Shown piece by piece: positions 34,145 through 45,160 of a DNA stretch of 64,000 nt. Below the pieces are notes generated by a model, which saw only the letters and a program-made list of their open reading frames with translations, searched no databases and had not been told where the DNA came from. The position numbers and the translations under genes were made by a program. Position 1 is the first letter of the stretch; each line of letters starts with the position of its first letter. This DNA is from a bacterium (GTDB lineage Bacteria > Verrucomicrobiota > Verrucomicrobiia > Chthoniobacterales > UBA6821), in assembly GCA_021849805.1 (NCBI GenBank), contig JAJZSL010000003.1, positions 103,229 through 167,228 of the forward strand, given 5' to 3'.

Positions 34145-35110
34145 ATGGCTCTTTCCTTAACTGAACTTCAATCTCTCTATGAGCTTCCTTTCTTTGAGCT
34201 CATAGAGCGCTCTCATCAAGTGCATCGTAACCATTGGGGAAGGGGTGAAGTTCAGCTCTGCACCTTATTGAGTATCAAAACAGGGGGATGCAGCGAAGAT
34301 TGTTCTTACTGTACTCAGAGTGCTCGCTATAAAACAGAGCTGGACGTGGAGCCTTTAATGACCTGTGAGGAGATTCTTCCGCGTGCTCGTCAAGCCAAAG
34401 AACATGGGGCTAAGCGCTTTTGTATGGGAACCGCATGGCGTGGTGTGAAAAGCGGGGATGCCAAATTTAACGAAGTGCTCAAAACAGTACGAGAAGTCAG
34501 TAAGCTTGGCATGGAAGTTTGCGTCACCTTAGGACTTTTAGGAGAGCAGGAAGCGCGTGAGCTTAAAGAAGCTGGTGTGAGTGCTTACAATCATAATATT
34601 GATACCTCCCCGGAGTATTATCCTCAGATCATCTCTACACGGACTTTTGAAGATCGTCTAAAAACGATTCGAGCTCTTCAGCAAGCCGAAATTTCAGTTT
34701 GTTCGGGTGGAATCATTGGTATGGGTGAGAGCATTACTGATCGTTTGCGAATGATCGAAGTCCTTTGTAATCTCGATCCAGTTCCTGAAAGTGTCCCCAT
34801 TAATGCTCTGGTTCCTATGCCGGGAACGCCACTGGAGCATCAACCTCCTGTTGATATTTTTGAGTTTGTAAGACTTATTGCCACAACACGTATTGCTATG
34901 CCAAGAGCTCGTGTGCGCCTCTCTGCCGGTCGTAACAAACTAAGTCGTGAAGGACAGGCTCTCTGTTTCTTTGCAGGTGCTAACTCCATCCACTGTGGTG
35001 AGAAACTTCTTACTGCTGATAACCCTCAGATGCAAGAAGACATGGAACTACTTTCTCAATTAGGATTACTTCAAGAGCAAGAGGCATGCTCGCATCAGAA
35101 GGATGCATGA
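34145..35110 (+). CDS. bioB: Biotin synthase
   Basis: Radical-SAM CSEDCSYCTQS, plus YNHNIDTS and the GGIIGMGES motif. Confidence 0.93.
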   Translation: MALSLTELQSLYELPFFELIERSHQVHRNHWGRGEVQLCTLLSIKTGGCSEDCSYCTQSARYKTELDVEPLMTCEEILPRARQAKEHGAKRFCMGTAWRGVKSGDAKFNEVLKTVREVSKLGMEVCVTLGLLGEQEARELKEAGVSAYNHNIDTSPEYYPQIISTRTFEDRLKTIRALQQAEISVCSGGIIGMGESITDRLRMIEVLCNLDPVPESVPINALVPMPGTPLEHQPPVDIFEFVRLIATTRIAMPRARVRLSAGRNKLSREGQALCFFAGANSIHCGEKLLTADNPQMQEDMELLSQLGLLQEQEACSHQKDA

Positions 35111-35119
35111 AGCTCTCTA

Positions 35120-35725
35120 TTAGAATGTCCTCGGCAAGCGCTCTTCAACAATTTCACAGAGCACGTGCAAGAGAAACTTTTGTGCTTCTTGAATCCGAGC
35201 TGTTTGCTCTCCAGGAACAATGATTTCCAAATGAGCAACTCCTTTGGTAAATCCTCCTGCTTGTCCAAGAAGAGCAACTGTTTGAATGCCGCGCTCTCTA
35301 GCTGCTTGAAGAGCAAGAAGGAGATTGCGCGAGTTCCCACTTGTGCTCAAGGCTAAGAGGAGATCACCCTTTTTTCCAAAAGCGATGACTTGTCGCTCAA
35401 AGATCTGCTCAAAATGATAATCGTTTCCAATGGCTGTCATTAATCCACCATCAACAGGGAGTGCCATAGCAGGATAAGGACGTCGATCATGACGGAAGCG
35501 ACAGGTAAATTCTGTGGCAAGGTGAGCGCTGTCACTAGCGCTTCCACCATTACCAGCAATCATGAGCTTACCACCAGCAAGGAGTGTATCAGTAACCATG
35601 GTTGCTACTTGGAGAAGACTGGATCGGAGGTCTCTTAATTGCTCAAAAAGAGTAAGAGCCTTGGTGAGTGAAGAATCAAACTGATCTTCAGGCGTGAGTG
35701 CTGATACTAGTGGTAGCGAAGACAT
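35120..35725 (-). CDS. gmhA: D-sedoheptulose 7-phosphate isomerase (SIS domain)
   Basis: GNGGSASDSAHLATEF ... ALSTSGNSRN ... TVALLGQAGG. The start is set at the internal Met (MSSLPLV). The longer ORF to 35791 would nearly abut the overextended proS ORF start at 35794. Confidence 0.8.
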   Translation of the reverse strand: MSSLPLVSALTPEDQFDSSLTKALTLFEQLRDLRSSLLQVATMVTDTLLAGGKLMIAGNGGSASDSAHLATEFTCRFRHDRRPYPAMALPVDGGLMTAIGNDYHFEQIFERQVIAFGKKGDLLLALSTSGNSRNLLLALQAARERGIQTVALLGQAGGFTKGVAHLEIIVPGEQTARIQEAQKFLLHVLCEIVEERLPRTF

Positions 35726-35865
35726 AAGAAAGTATTGACCAAAGAGGAAAATAAAAAAAGTGATCTTATCTTCCTGAATTCTCGAGTGCAAGGTTGATGA
35801 GATGGAGAGAAGTAGAGATCATTTTCTTTACCACGAGTAGGCCTCCTTCTATTCTTCTTCTCCCT

Positions 35866-37413
35866 ATGCGCAATGTTTCTTCTTCTGCTATTTCTCCTAC
35901 ACGCCAAGAAAATTTTCCAGAATGGTATCAGCAAGTAGTCAAGCATGCCCAACTAGCAGAAAATTCAGAGGTTCGCGGTTGTATGGTCATCAAACCATGG
36001 GGATATGCCCTTTGGGAGAGGATGCAGAGCATTTTAGATCAAATGTTCAAAGCCACAGGACACCGCAATGCCTATTTTCCACTTTTTATTCCTTTGAGTC
36101 ATTTACAAAAAGAAGCAGAGCATGTGGAAGGTTTTGCCAAAGAATGTGCAGTAGTGACTCATCACCGTTTGGAAATGAAAGAGGGGAAACTCATTCCTGC
36201 TGCTGAGCTTACAGAACCACTTCTCATTCGCCCTACTTCGGAAACAATTATTGGTTCTACTTATGCTAAATGGATCAAGTCGTATCGAGACCTTCCCATT
36301 TTACTTAACCAATGGGCAAACGTTGTCCGCTGGGAGTTGCGACCGCGCCTTTTTTTGCGTACAGCTGAATTCCTTTGGCAAGAAGGACACACCGCTCATG
36401 AATCAGAGCAAGAGGCCCTGGAAGAAACAGAGAGAATGCATGAAATCTACCGCACGTTTCTTCAAGATTACCTAGCTGTGCCAGCCTTTAGTGGAGAGAA
36501 AACAGCTAGTGAACGATTCCCAGGGGCGCTCAGAACCTATACTCTTGAAGCTATGATGCAAGATGGTAAGGCTCTTCAAGCGACTACTTCTCATTTTTTA
36601 GGACAAAATTTTGCAAAAGCTTTTGGCATTCAATTTCAATCTCGTTCTGGGACCCTGGAGCATGCTTGGACAACAAGCTGGGGAGCTACAACACGTCTTA
36701 TTGGTATGCTGCTCATGATCCATGGTGATGATGATGGAGCAATTCTTCCTCCGCGAATTGCACCAAGCCAAGTGGTGATCATTCCTTTTATTCCAAAAGC
36801 AGAAGAGAAAAAAAACATTCTTCAAAAAGCAGAAGAAATTGCTCAACTTCTTCGCCAAACAGAATATGCCCGAGAGCCTATCCGCGTAGAAATTGATACT
36901 CGTGACTTAGGTGGGAGTATCAAAAACTGGGATTGGATCAAGCGCGGAGTCCCTTTGCGTCTAGAGATTGGGCCTCGTGACTTAGTAAAAAATATGGTGA
37001 TGGTGGGACGGCGTGATCATCCGCCCAAAGAAAAAGAGCCTCTCCTTCTTAGCGAACTTCAAGAGCGCCTTCCTCTCCTCTTGGCTGATATGGAACAAGG
37101 CCTCTGGCAGCGAGCTCTTAGCTATCAAAAAGCCAGGACCTATGAAATCAATACGCAGGAAGAGTTCTACGATTTTTTTCGTAATTCTGGAGTCTCTTTT
37201 TCTCCACATGGAGAAGATGATCTTACTCCTTCAAAATTATCTGGCTTTGCTCTAGCCCATTGGAATGGCTCTGCAGCTATTGAGGCCAAACTTAAAGAAG
37301 ATTTACAAGTCACCATTCGCTGTATTCCTCACCAAGATGATCCCATTACTGGCATTTGTCCATTTAGTGGAGACTCAAGCCCCCAGCGTGTCCTCTTTGC
37401 AAGGTCTTACTAA
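35866..37413 (+). CDS. proS: Prolyl-tRNA synthetase (archaeal/eukaryote-like type)
   Basis: FPEWYQQVVKHAQL, RPTSETIIG, FLRTAEFLWQEGHTAH and SHFLGQNFAK. The start is set at the Met (MRNVSSS) at 35866. Confidence 0.9.
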   Translation: MRNVSSSAISPTRQENFPEWYQQVVKHAQLAENSEVRGCMVIKPWGYALWERMQSILDQMFKATGHRNAYFPLFIPLSHLQKEAEHVEGFAKECAVVTHHRLEMKEGKLIPAAELTEPLLIRPTSETIIGSTYAKWIKSYRDLPILLNQWANVVRWELRPRLFLRTAEFLWQEGHTAHESEQEALEETERMHEIYRTFLQDYLAVPAFSGEKTASERFPGALRTYTLEAMMQDGKALQATTSHFLGQNFAKAFGIQFQSRSGTLEHAWTTSWGATTRLIGMLLMIHGDDDGAILPPRIAPSQVVIIPFIPKAEEKKNILQKAEEIAQLLRQTEYAREPIRVEIDTRDLGGSIKNWDWIKRGVPLRLEIGPRDLVKNMVMVGRRDHPPKEKEPLLLSELQERLPLLLADMEQGLWQRALSYQKARTYEINTQEEFYDFFRNSGVSFSPHGEDDLTPSKLSGFALAHWNGSAAIEAKLKEDLQVTIRCIPHQDDPITGICPFSGDSSPQRVLFARSY

Positions 37414-37457
37414 CATCTATAAATACTAGAGTACGTTAACTAGAATCATTGTCACTT

Positions 37458-37676
37458 TTGATGACCTTCTTCTCTTATGTCATTAGTGAGTGCTTTTTCA
37501 AAAAGCAGAGATATCTTTAGAGCATCTCCACTAACGTTGTAGCCCTGCACTGCGGTGTTACTTCGGTGAAACGCTCTCCTGGATTCCTGCATCCGCAGGA
37601 ATGACAGCAATGGAGATGGAAGGAAGCTTCTAGAGGAGAGCCCTTCTAGGAAGCATTTTTATTTTGGAGAGTAGTG
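37458..37676 (+). mobile_element. MITE-like repeat, copy 2 (left end missing)
   Basis: Shares tttgatgac...tctcttatgt..gtgag with copy 3. It has the hairpin attcct-N8-aggaat (37583-37602), caatggagatggaaggaagcttctagagga and the right end catttttattttggagagtagtg. It ends 18 nt from the 3' end of tRNA-Thr. Confidence 0.8.
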
Positions 37677-37694
37677 AGAAAAAACCAAAAAGAG

Positions 37695-37767
37695 AGCCGG
37701 CAGTCGGACTCGAACCGACGACCGGCTGATTACAAATCAGCTGCTCTACCAACTGAGCTATGCCGGC
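37695..37767 (-). tRNA. tRNA-Thr (anticodon UGU), CCA not encoded
   Basis: The reverse complement folds as a cloverleaf: GCCGGCA-TA-GCTC-AGTTGGTA-GAGC-A-GCTGA-TTTGTAA-TCAGC-CGGTC-GTCGG-TTCGAGT-CCGAC-TGCCGGC-T (73 nt). The anticodon loop is TT-TGT-AA. Confidence 0.9.
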
Positions 37768-37999
37768 TTTCTTAAAAAAATTTTAAAATACGTTGAAGAC
37801 CGGGAAGAGTCTCAGAACTTCACTCTCAGCGCAAGGTTATTGTTTCTTCTAGAAATAAAAATATTCCACTCCACTCTCTTCATCGTTGCGTTATTGAGCC
37901 AAAAAGCTTGATTCAGACTATCGTGTATTCGATTCTTTTTAGCTCTTCTTTTGTTGAGAACATTCCCTGCTTGAAGGCAAAATTTTTTATTCATCAATA

Positions 38000-38806
38000 A
38001 TGAACCTTATGAATTATCTTTCCTATGATTTTGTCCAGAATGCATTTCTAGCAGGATCTCTTGCTGCTATTTTGGGTTCTACTGTTGGTTATTTTGTCAT
38101 GGTTCGTCGAGTGGGATTTGCAGCACATGCTCTTGCTCATATCGGTTTTGCAGGAGCAACAGGAGCACTCCTTCTTGGATTAACACCAATTGAAGGAATG
38201 CTTCTAATGAACTTTCTAGCAGGAGGAATGATGGGTATATCAGGTAATAAAATAGAGCGTAGTGAGCTTTCTATTGGGATGGTTCTCGCTGTTTCTCTTG
38301 GTCTTGGAACGCTCTTTTTATCGATCTATCAGGGATTTTCTGGAGAAACAACAACACTCCTTTTTGGAAATATTTTTGGTATCTCTCAAGCACAAGTTCT
38401 CCAAATGGTATTACTTGCTCTCCTGAGTTTAAGTTTTTTATCGTTTATTGCTCGGCCATTACTTTTTCTAAGCATTCAGCCTCAGCTAGCTCAAGCACGA
38501 GGCTTGTCACTTACTTTTTTTTCAACAATATTTATGATGCTCTTGGCTGTGAGTGTGGCTCTCGTGAGTCAAGTTGTTGGAACTTTGCTTGTTTTCACCT
38601 TGCTCATTGCTCCTGCTGGAATTGCTATGCGATGGTGTCACTCTTTTTGGAGGAGTCTTTTTTTCTCGTGCACTCTTAGTCTCCTAGCTGTTTGGAGTGG
38701 TATTTTTCTGGCTTGTTTCACCAACAAGCCACCTAGTTTTTGGATAACGGCTTTTCTTTTTGTTGTTTATGTCATTACAGAATTGATCCTTAGGATGAAA
38801 CGCTAG
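38000..38806 (+). CDS. ABC-3 family (ZnuB/MntB/TroD-like) metal ABC transporter permease
   Basis: 268 aa with about 8 TM segments. FVQNAFLAGSLAAILGSTVGYFVMVRRVGFAAHALAHIGFAGATGA is typical of the ABC-3 family. Confidence 0.8.
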   Translation: MNLMNYLSYDFVQNAFLAGSLAAILGSTVGYFVMVRRVGFAAHALAHIGFAGATGALLLGLTPIEGMLLMNFLAGGMMGISGNKIERSELSIGMVLAVSLGLGTLFLSIYQGFSGETTTLLFGNIFGISQAQVLQMVLLALLSLSFLSFIARPLLFLSIQPQLAQARGLSLTFFSTIFMMLLAVSVALVSQVVGTLLVFTLLIAPAGIAMRWCHSFWRSLFFSCTLSLLAVWSGIFLACFTNKPPSFWITAFLFVVYVITELILRMKR

Positions 38807-39079
38807 AAAGGCGTTTCTATCATGCTTCCTTAGTCATTGATCACTTTTTTATGAAGAGAAAAACGGATTGAATTTACAAAAAAAAATAAAAGTAAAAAAA
38901 CTTTCATTTTCTTCTTGCGTTTTTTAATAAAGTACCTACATTCACCCGTCCGGTCTTTCATGAAGAGACTCATGAGCACGAAGGTGCCATCCCAAAACTT
39001 CTTGATTTTTTTAATGAGCATTTTCTCAATGCCAATTTAAAACAAGAATCGGAGAAGCACGAGACCTACTTCCATATCT

Positions 39080-39487
39080 ATGCCTACTATTAATCAACTT
39101 GTACGAAAAGGACGCCGTAGAGTTCTGGTGAAATCAAAATCGCCAGCACTTCTTAACTGTCCACAGCGACGCGGTGTTTGTGTCCAAGTCATGACGCGTA
39201 CGCCCAAGAAGCCTAATTCTGCTCTAAGAAAGGTAGCCAAAGTTCGTTTGACCAACGGTGAAGAAGTCATTGCTTATATTCCTGGAGAGGGACACAATCT
39301 TCAAGAGCACTCTATTGTTTTAGTTCGTGGAGGTCGGGTTAAAGATCTTCCTGGTGTACGATATCACATTGTTCGAGGTACACTTGATAGTCTTGGCGTT
39401 GATGGCCGTCGTCGTAGTCGCTCCAAATACGGCTCAAAGCGTCCTAAAGCGGGCGAAGAAGCGAAAGCAACTGGTAAGAAAAAATAG
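39080..39487 (+). CDS. rpsL: 30S ribosomal protein S12
   Basis: [13 protein letters not shown] ... [19 protein letters not shown] ... [17 protein letters not shown]. Confidence 0.97.
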   Translation: MPTINQLVRKGRRRVLVKSKSPALLNCPQRRGVCVQVMTRTPKKPNSALRKVAKVRLTNGEEVIAYIPGEGHNLQEHSIVLVRGGRVKDLPGVRYHIVRGTLDSLGVDGRRRSRSKYGSKRPKAGEEAKATGKKK

Positions 39488-39601
39488 GAATATGATACTA
39501 CAGTTTCGCTTCTGCAATGTCTTACAACATTTTCTCGTCTCATTCCTTTCTTATTTTCAACCTCTCTAACCTATTAATAGCTGTTTAGCAGTAACCATCT
39601 C

Positions 39602-40075
39602 ATGTCTCGTCGCAAACGTGTCATTCATAAAGAAATCAAGTCTGATCTTCGCTATGCAAGTTCGCTGGTAGCTCGTCTTATCACCTCAGTGATGCGTCAA
39701 GGCAAGCGTTCGGTAGCTGAGAGGATTGTCTATACAGCAATCGAGACCACTCGTTCTCACAGTGATGTTGTCGATCCTCTGGATGTTCTCCAAAAAGCCG
39801 TTGAAAACGCTCGTCCTCGACTGGAAGTAAAAAGCCGACGTGTTGGTGGTGCCACCTATCAAGTTCCTATGGAGGTAGCAATGGATCGTTCCTTAGCTCT
39901 TGCCATGCGATGGATTGTTGGACTTGCTCAAAAACGAAAAGGTATTCCTATGTCAAAAGCACTCGCTCAAGAGCTCAAGGATGCTTCTCTTGGACAAGGT
40001 GCTGCTATTAAGAAAAGAGATGACCTCCATAAGATGGCTCAGGCTAATCGAGCTTTTGCTCACTTCCGCTGGTAA
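39602..40075 (+). CDS. rpsG: 30S ribosomal protein S7
   Basis: MSRRKR ... GKRSVAERIVY ... EVKSRRVGGATYQVPMEV ... NRAFAHFRW. Confidence 0.97.
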   Translation: MSRRKRVIHKEIKSDLRYASSLVARLITSVMRQGKRSVAERIVYTAIETTRSHSDVVDPLDVLQKAVENARPRLEVKSRRVGGATYQVPMEVAMDRSLALAMRWIVGLAQKRKGIPMSKALAQELKDASLGQGAAIKKRDDLHKMAQANRAFAHFRW

Positions 40076-40117
40076 GAGCTCCCTGAAATTTTTTTAAATT
40101 ATACATTCTCACTCTCC

Positions 40118-42274
40118 ATGGCCTCCAAAACCGATACTTCCAATCCGAATTCTCCGGATCGCGCTTTCCCCTTAGAAAGAACGCGCAATATCGGTATTTG
40201 TGCTCATATTGACGCAGGAAAAACTACTCTTACAGAACGAGTTCTTTTCTACACAGGAATGATCCATAAGATTGGAGAAGTACATGAGGGAACAACCGTC
40301 ACGGACTGGATGGAACAGGAGCGTGAGCGTGGTATTACGATTACCTCTGCAGCGACAACGTGTAGCTGGAAGCAGCGTGTTGAGCCTGATATCGTGAAGC
40401 TTTTTCCTAATGTTGAACAACGAGTTAACATTATTGATACCCCAGGACACGTTGATTTTACAGCAGAGGTAGAACGTTCTCTTCGAGTTTTAGATGGAGC
40501 TATTGCTGTTTTTTGTGGTGTTGCTGGAGTTCAGCCTCAATCAGAGACAGTTTGGCGCCAAGCTAACAAATATGGAGTTCCTCGTATTGCCTTTGTTAAC
40601 AAAATGGATCGTACTGGGGCGAACTTTGCTAATGCTCTTAACGACATGCGAGTGAAGCTTGGGGCTAATGCATGGCCTATTCTCATTCCACTGGGAGCAG
40701 AGGACTCTCTTCGTGGACAAATTGATGTTATTAATCAGAAAGCTATTTTTTATGATGATGACACCAGTATGGGATCGACCTATCGTATTGATGCTATCCC
40801 TGAGGAATATCAGTCTATGGCTAAATCAGCCTATGATGACTTAGTGAATCAAATGATGGATTTGGACGAAGAAGTTGGGAATCTTTTCTTAGAGGAAAAA
40901 CCAGTAACAAGAGAGGATTTAAAAAGAGCTATTCGCCGTCAAACTATTAACAACCGATTTGTACCAGTAGCTGGTGGTTCTGCCTTTAAAAATAAAGGTG
41001 TTCAATATCTTGTGGATGCTGTTATCGACTACCTTCCAAGCCCAATTGATATTGATGCAGCAAAAGGTCAAGATCCAGATACGGGAGCAGAAAAATTAGC
41101 ACAAACCAGCGATCATGCTCCTTTTTGTTCACTGGCTTTCAAACTCTGGAGTGACCCTTTTGTAGGAAAACTCGTTTTCTTCCGTGTTTACTCGGGAAAA
41201 CTTAGTAAAGGAGATACTGTTTACAACCCTCGTACCAACAAGCGAGAGCGCATTAGCCGATTGATTCAGATTCAAGCTGATAAGCGTCAAGATATTGAAA
41301 CCTGTTACTCGGGAGATATTGCCGCTATTGTGGGCATTCGCAATATTACCACAGGAGATACCCTTTGCAATGAGGATCATCCTATTCTACTAGAGCCCCC
41401 CTCCTTTCCTGATCCAGTCATTTCCATGTCCATCGAGCCTAAAACAAAAGCTGATCAAGAAAAAATGGCTAATGCACTTCAGCGACTTGCGGAAGAGGAT
41501 CCAACGTTTTGTGTCTTCACAAACGAGGATACTGGTCAGACCATTATTGCGGGCATGGGAGAGCTTCATCTTGAAATTATTCGAGATCGCATGTTGCGTG
41601 AGTTTAAAGTTGATGCAGCCTCTGGCAAACCTCAAATTGCTTATAAAGAAACAATACTTATCCCTGCTGATGGAGAGGGCAAGTTGGTCAAACAATCAGG
41701 TGGTCGTGGACAGTATGGCCACGTTGTTGTAAAGATTGCTCCCAATGAGCGAGGAAAAGGAATTACTATTGAAAACAAAGTTGTCGGTGGAGCTATTCCT
41801 AAAGAATTTATTCCTGCAGTCATTAAAGGGCTCAATGAAGCAATGCTCAATGGTGTTGTAGGGGGCTATCCAGTCATTGACCTCCACGTTGATATCGTCG
41901 ATGGATCCTATCACGACGTAGACTCTAACGAACTAGCATTCAAAATGGCAGCTATCTTCTCGCTCAAGGATGCTATGAAAAAAGCAAAAGCAATTCTTCT
42001 AGAGCCTATTATGAAGGTAGAAGCGATTACTCCTGAAGAGTATCAAGGAGACATCATGGGAGATCTTAATCGTCGTCGAGGTAAAATTATGTCAATTGAA
42101 ACAAAAACAATCAGCACAAGCGTCAATGCAGAAGTTCCGCTAGCTGAAATGTTCGGTTATGCTACGGCTATTCGTTCGCTTTCCAAAGGACGTGCTGCCT
42201 ACTCCATGGAACCATCTCATTTTGAACAAGTCCCTGCTCAAGTTTTGGCAGCAGTTCTTGATCAAAAAAATTAA
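40118..42274 (+). CDS. fusA: Elongation factor G
   Basis: 718 aa. [27 protein letters not shown] and NKMDR, with domains II-V conserved. There is a ~20-aa N-terminal extension. Confidence 0.97.
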   Translation: MASKTDTSNPNSPDRAFPLERTRNIGICAHIDAGKTTLTERVLFYTGMIHKIGEVHEGTTVTDWMEQERERGITITSAATTCSWKQRVEPDIVKLFPNVEQRVNIIDTPGHVDFTAEVERSLRVLDGAIAVFCGVAGVQPQSETVWRQANKYGVPRIAFVNKMDRTGANFANALNDMRVKLGANAWPILIPLGAEDSLRGQIDVINQKAIFYDDDTSMGSTYRIDAIPEEYQSMAKSAYDDLVNQMMDLDEEVGNLFLEEKPVTREDLKRAIRRQTINNRFVPVAGGSAFKNKGVQYLVDAVIDYLPSPIDIDAAKGQDPDTGAEKLAQTSDHAPFCSLAFKLWSDPFVGKLVFFRVYSGKLSKGDTVYNPRTNKRERISRLIQIQADKRQDIETCYSGDIAAIVGIRNITTGDTLCNEDHPILLEPPSFPDPVISMSIEPKTKADQEKMANALQRLAEEDPTFCVFTNEDTGQTIIAGMGELHLEIIRDRMLREFKVDAASGKPQIAYKETILIPADGEGKLVKQSGGRGQYGHVVVKIAPNERGKGITIENKVVGGAIPKEFIPAVIKGLNEAMLNGVVGGYPVIDLHVDIVDGSYHDVDSNELAFKMAAIFSLKDAMKKAKAILLEPIMKVEAITPEEYQGDIMGDLNRRRGKIMSIETKTISTSVNAEVPLAEMFGYATAIRSLSKGRAAYSMEPSHFEQVPAQVLAAVLDQKN

Positions 42275-42303
42275 TTAACGTCAACTTTAAACCCTAACTT
42301 TTC

Positions 42304-42615
42304 ATGGCTTCTGGACAACGTATTCGTATTCGACTTAAAGGTTTTGATTTTCGCCTTCTGGATACTTCCGCTTTGGAGATCGTGGAAACGGCAAAAAGGA
42401 CAGGATCAAAAGTAGCTGGTCCTATTCCTTTACCAACACACGTTGAAAAGTTTACAGTCAATCGCTCTCCTCATGTTGACAAAAAATCGATGGACCAATT
42501 TGAAATTAGAACTCATAAACGTCTCTTAGATATTTTGGATCCTACAGCAAAAACAGTTGATGAACTTCGCAAACTCAATTTGCCAGCAGGAGTTGATATC
42601 TCCATTAAAATTTAA
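42304..42615 (+). CDS. rpsJ: 30S ribosomal protein S10
   Basis: [14 protein letters not shown] ... GPIPLPT ... [20 protein letters not shown]. Confidence 0.96.
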   Translation: MASGQRIRIRLKGFDFRLLDTSALEIVETAKRTGSKVAGPIPLPTHVEKFTVNRSPHVDKKSMDQFEIRTHKRLLDILDPTAKTVDELRKLNLPAGVDISIKI

Positions 42616-42638
42616 TTTCACTCTATAATTTCACATTT

Positions 42639-43310
42639 ATGTCATTGGGAATTCTTGGAAAAAAAATTGGAATGACTCGCGTCTATGATGCGAAAGGCTG
42701 CGTTCATGCTGTAACAGTACTGGATGTCAAAGATAATCGTGTTCTTCAAGTAAAGACTTCTCAAAAAGAAGGATATGCTGCTGTTCAGATTGGCTTTGAC
42801 ACTCAAAAAGAGCAACGCGTTACCAAAGCCCAACTTGGTCATTTCAAAAAATCAGGTTCGGCTCCCAAACGTTTTCAAAAAGAGTTTCGCTTAGCTCTTC
42901 ACCAATCAGCACCAGAGCTTGGAGAGTGGGGAATGTCTCATCTCCGAGTTGGTCAGTTTGTTGATGTGATCAGCACTTCCAAAGGAAAAGGTTTTCAGGG
43001 TGTAGTTAGGCGTTTTAAATTTGCAGGACAACCTCAAACTCATGGATCGATGATGCATCGACGAAATGGCGCTATTGGAAATCGTCTAACACCTGGACGC
43101 GTCTGGAAGAACATGGGTATGCCTGGTCATATGGGCTGTGATCGAATCACCACTCAAAATCTTAAGATTATTCAGTTACGTGAACAAGAGGGTGTTCTTC
43201 TTATCAGTGGAGCTGTTCCAGGAGCAAAAGGAACCTATGTTGTTATTCGTCCTTCTAAGAAAAAAGTGAATCAGAATGCAGAGCTCTTTGCTGCTTCTAA
43301 AGCTAATTGA
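42639..43310 (+). CDS. rplC: 50S ribosomal protein L3
   Basis: GILGKKIGMTRVYD ... SKGKGFQGVVRRFKFAGQPQTHGS. Confidence 0.96.
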   Translation: MSLGILGKKIGMTRVYDAKGCVHAVTVLDVKDNRVLQVKTSQKEGYAAVQIGFDTQKEQRVTKAQLGHFKKSGSAPKRFQKEFRLALHQSAPELGEWGMSHLRVGQFVDVISTSKGKGFQGVVRRFKFAGQPQTHGSMMHRRNGAIGNRLTPGRVWKNMGMPGHMGCDRITTQNLKIIQLREQEGVLLISGAVPGAKGTYVVIRPSKKKVNQNAELFAASKAN

Positions 43311-43339
43311 TGGTTTTTGAATTTTAAAATCTTAGGTTT

Positions 43340-43969
43340 ATGTCCTCAATTCTTCTCACTCCCGAACTCGCAAAAAAGGCAAATATTGATATTATCAATA
43401 ATGGCAAAGGAACTCAAGCAGTCCATGATGTTATTGTTGCGATGAGAGCTAATCGTCGTAGTGGTACAGCTTCTGTAAAAACAAAAGCAACAGTCAATCT
43501 CTCTGGGAAAAAACCATGGCGCCAGAAGGGGACAGGACGTGCTCGTGCTGGTTATGCAAGTTCCCCAGTTTGGGTAGGTGGTGGTGTTGTTCACGGTCCT
43601 CACCCTCGCTCCTATGCTAAAAAAGTTACTAAGGGAGTTAAAAAGCTAGCTTTTCGCAAGGCTCTGAGCGCTCGTATTCTAGCTGGCGATATTTTTCTTG
43701 TGGAATCTTTTGATATTGAAAAACCAAAGACCAAAAATTTTCTAGATCTCCTAACAAACATACATGAAAAAAGCACTTCACCAAAAGGGTTGCCTACTTT
43801 CTTAGTCATTTCTCTAGCATTCTCTGAAAATACTTTTCGTAGTGCTCGTAACGTGAAAAAGACACTTCTCATGAGTGTAGCAGAAGTAAATACAGAACAC
43901 CTCCTCTCATTTGATAAAATTATTATTACTCAAGAAGCACTCACTGCTCTTGGAGCACGTCTTGTATAA
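43340..43969 (+). CDS. rplD: 50S ribosomal protein L4
   Basis: SGKKPWRQKGTGRARAG ... SPVWVGGGVVHGP, in the expected position between rplC and rplW. Confidence 0.94.
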   Translation: MSSILLTPELAKKANIDIINNGKGTQAVHDVIVAMRANRRSGTASVKTKATVNLSGKKPWRQKGTGRARAGYASSPVWVGGGVVHGPHPRSYAKKVTKGVKKLAFRKALSARILAGDIFLVESFDIEKPKTKNFLDLLTNIHEKSTSPKGLPTFLVISLAFSENTFRSARNVKKTLLMSVAEVNTEHLLSFDKIIITQEALTALGARLV

Positions 43970-43974
43970 CCGTT

Positions 43975-44259
43975 ATGAAGGAAGCCACTCAACTCATCGA
44001 AAAAGTTTGTATCAGCGAGAAGGCTAGTCTTGTCGCTGAAAAGCTCAATCAGTATGTTTTTCGCGTTCATCCGGAAGCAAATAAAATAGAAATCAAATAT
44101 GCTATTGAACATCTCTTTAAAAAGCATGTCACCTCTGTTCGCACTATGCAGTACGCTGGTAAGAAAAAAAGAGAGCGTCGTGCTGACTTTGGACGACGTG
44201 CTCATTGGAAAAAAGCAATAATCACTTTAGCTCCTGGTGAAAAAATCGAACTAACATAG
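43975..44259 (+). CDS. rplW: 50S ribosomal protein L23
   Basis: 94 aa. FRVHPEANKIEIKYAIEHLF ... WKKAIITL, in the expected position. Confidence 0.92.
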   Translation: MKEATQLIEKVCISEKASLVAEKLNQYVFRVHPEANKIEIKYAIEHLFKKHVTSVRTMQYAGKKKRERRADFGRRAHWKKAIITLAPGEKIELT

Positions 44260-44314
44260 TAAATTTTAAAAAGAGAATTCAAATTCACAAAATCGATTTT
44301 AATTTTGATCTATC

Positions 44315-45154
44315 ATGCCTCTAAAAACATTTAGACCTCTAACTCCTTCTCGCCGCTTTATGGCACTCCCCTCCTTTGAGGAGATTACTAAGAGCAAACC
44401 GGAGAAATCACTTTGTGAGATCAAACCACGTACCGGTGGACGTAATAATAAAGGAAGAAAAACATCTCGTCATCGTGGAGGTGGTCATAAAAAGCTCTAT
44501 CGTATCATTGACTTTAAGCGTTCTCATCGAGACGTTATTGGTGAAGTCTTATCTATTGAGTATGATCCTAATCGTACGGCTCGTATTTGCCTTGTTCAGT
44601 ACCCCGATGGTCTTAAAACATATATTTTGGCTCCTCATGGAATTAGCGTAGGAACAAAAATTTCTGCAGGAGAAAAGGCCGAACCTTCGCTAGGAAATGC
44701 ACTTCCGCTTAAGTTCATTCCCTTGGGTTCTTCTCTTCATAACATTGAATTAATTCCTGGTCGTGGTGGACAGATTGTTCGTAGTGCTGGATCTCAAGCT
44801 ATTTTAAGCAATAGAGAAGCAGGTTATGCTCTTATCAAAATGGCTTCGGGAGAGATTCGTCGTATTCATGAAGAATGCTATGCAACTATTGGTCAGGTAA
44901 GCAATGTAGAGCATATGAATGTTTCTAGTGGTAAAGCAGGCCGCAGTCGCTGGCGTGGCATTCGTCCTCAGACACGCGGTATGGCAATGAATCCAGTAGA
45001 CCATCCAATGGGTGGTGGACAAGGGAAGAGTAAGGGTGGTGGAGGACGCCATCATCCTATGAGTCCATGGGGACAGCTTGCTAAAGGATTTAAGACACGT
45101 TCTAAACGAAAATCATCTGATCAATTTATTATCCAACGTCGTAAACATAAATAA
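44315..45154 (+). CDS. rplB: 50S ribosomal protein L2
   Basis: [10 protein letters not shown] ... GGRNNKGR ... [16 protein letters not shown] ... [15 protein letters not shown]. Confidence 0.97.
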   Translation: MPLKTFRPLTPSRRFMALPSFEEITKSKPEKSLCEIKPRTGGRNNKGRKTSRHRGGGHKKLYRIIDFKRSHRDVIGEVLSIEYDPNRTARICLVQYPDGLKTYILAPHGISVGTKISAGEKAEPSLGNALPLKFIPLGSSLHNIELIPGRGGQIVRSAGSQAILSNREAGYALIKMASGEIRRIHEECYATIGQVSNVEHMNVSSGKAGRSRWRGIRPQTRGMAMNPVDHPMGGGQGKSKGGGGRHHPMSPWGQLAKGFKTRSKRKSSDQFIIQRRKHK

Positions 45155-45160
45155 TTCACT

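Noticed and set aside
35725-35866. Apparent head-to-head collision of gmhA (ORF to 35791) and proS (ORF from 35794), plus ORF 35707..35952 (-).
   Set aside because: Family homology begins at internal Mets (gmhA at 35725, proS at 35866). The extensions are hydrophobic or Arg-rich read-through of the shared divergent promoter region.
37414-38000. Genomic island or prophage integrated at tRNA-Thr.
   Set aside because: No integrase, phage or conjugation genes are present, and no direct repeat of the tRNA 3' end is visible in the window. Only the small repeat element is present; it is reported separately.
37768-39079. ORFs 37812..37997 (-) and 38830..39021 (-) in the AT-rich spacers flanking the ABC-3 permease. 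Also a possible sigma70-like promoter upstream of rpsL: TTGCGT (38915-38920), a 16-nt spacer, then TACATT (38937-38942).
   Set aside because: The ORFs are Lys/Phe-rich low-complexity translations of A/T runs with no motif support. The promoter is only a hexamer-level match in AT-rich DNA, and promoter consensus in this lineage is uncertain. It cannot be supported without transcription-start data.
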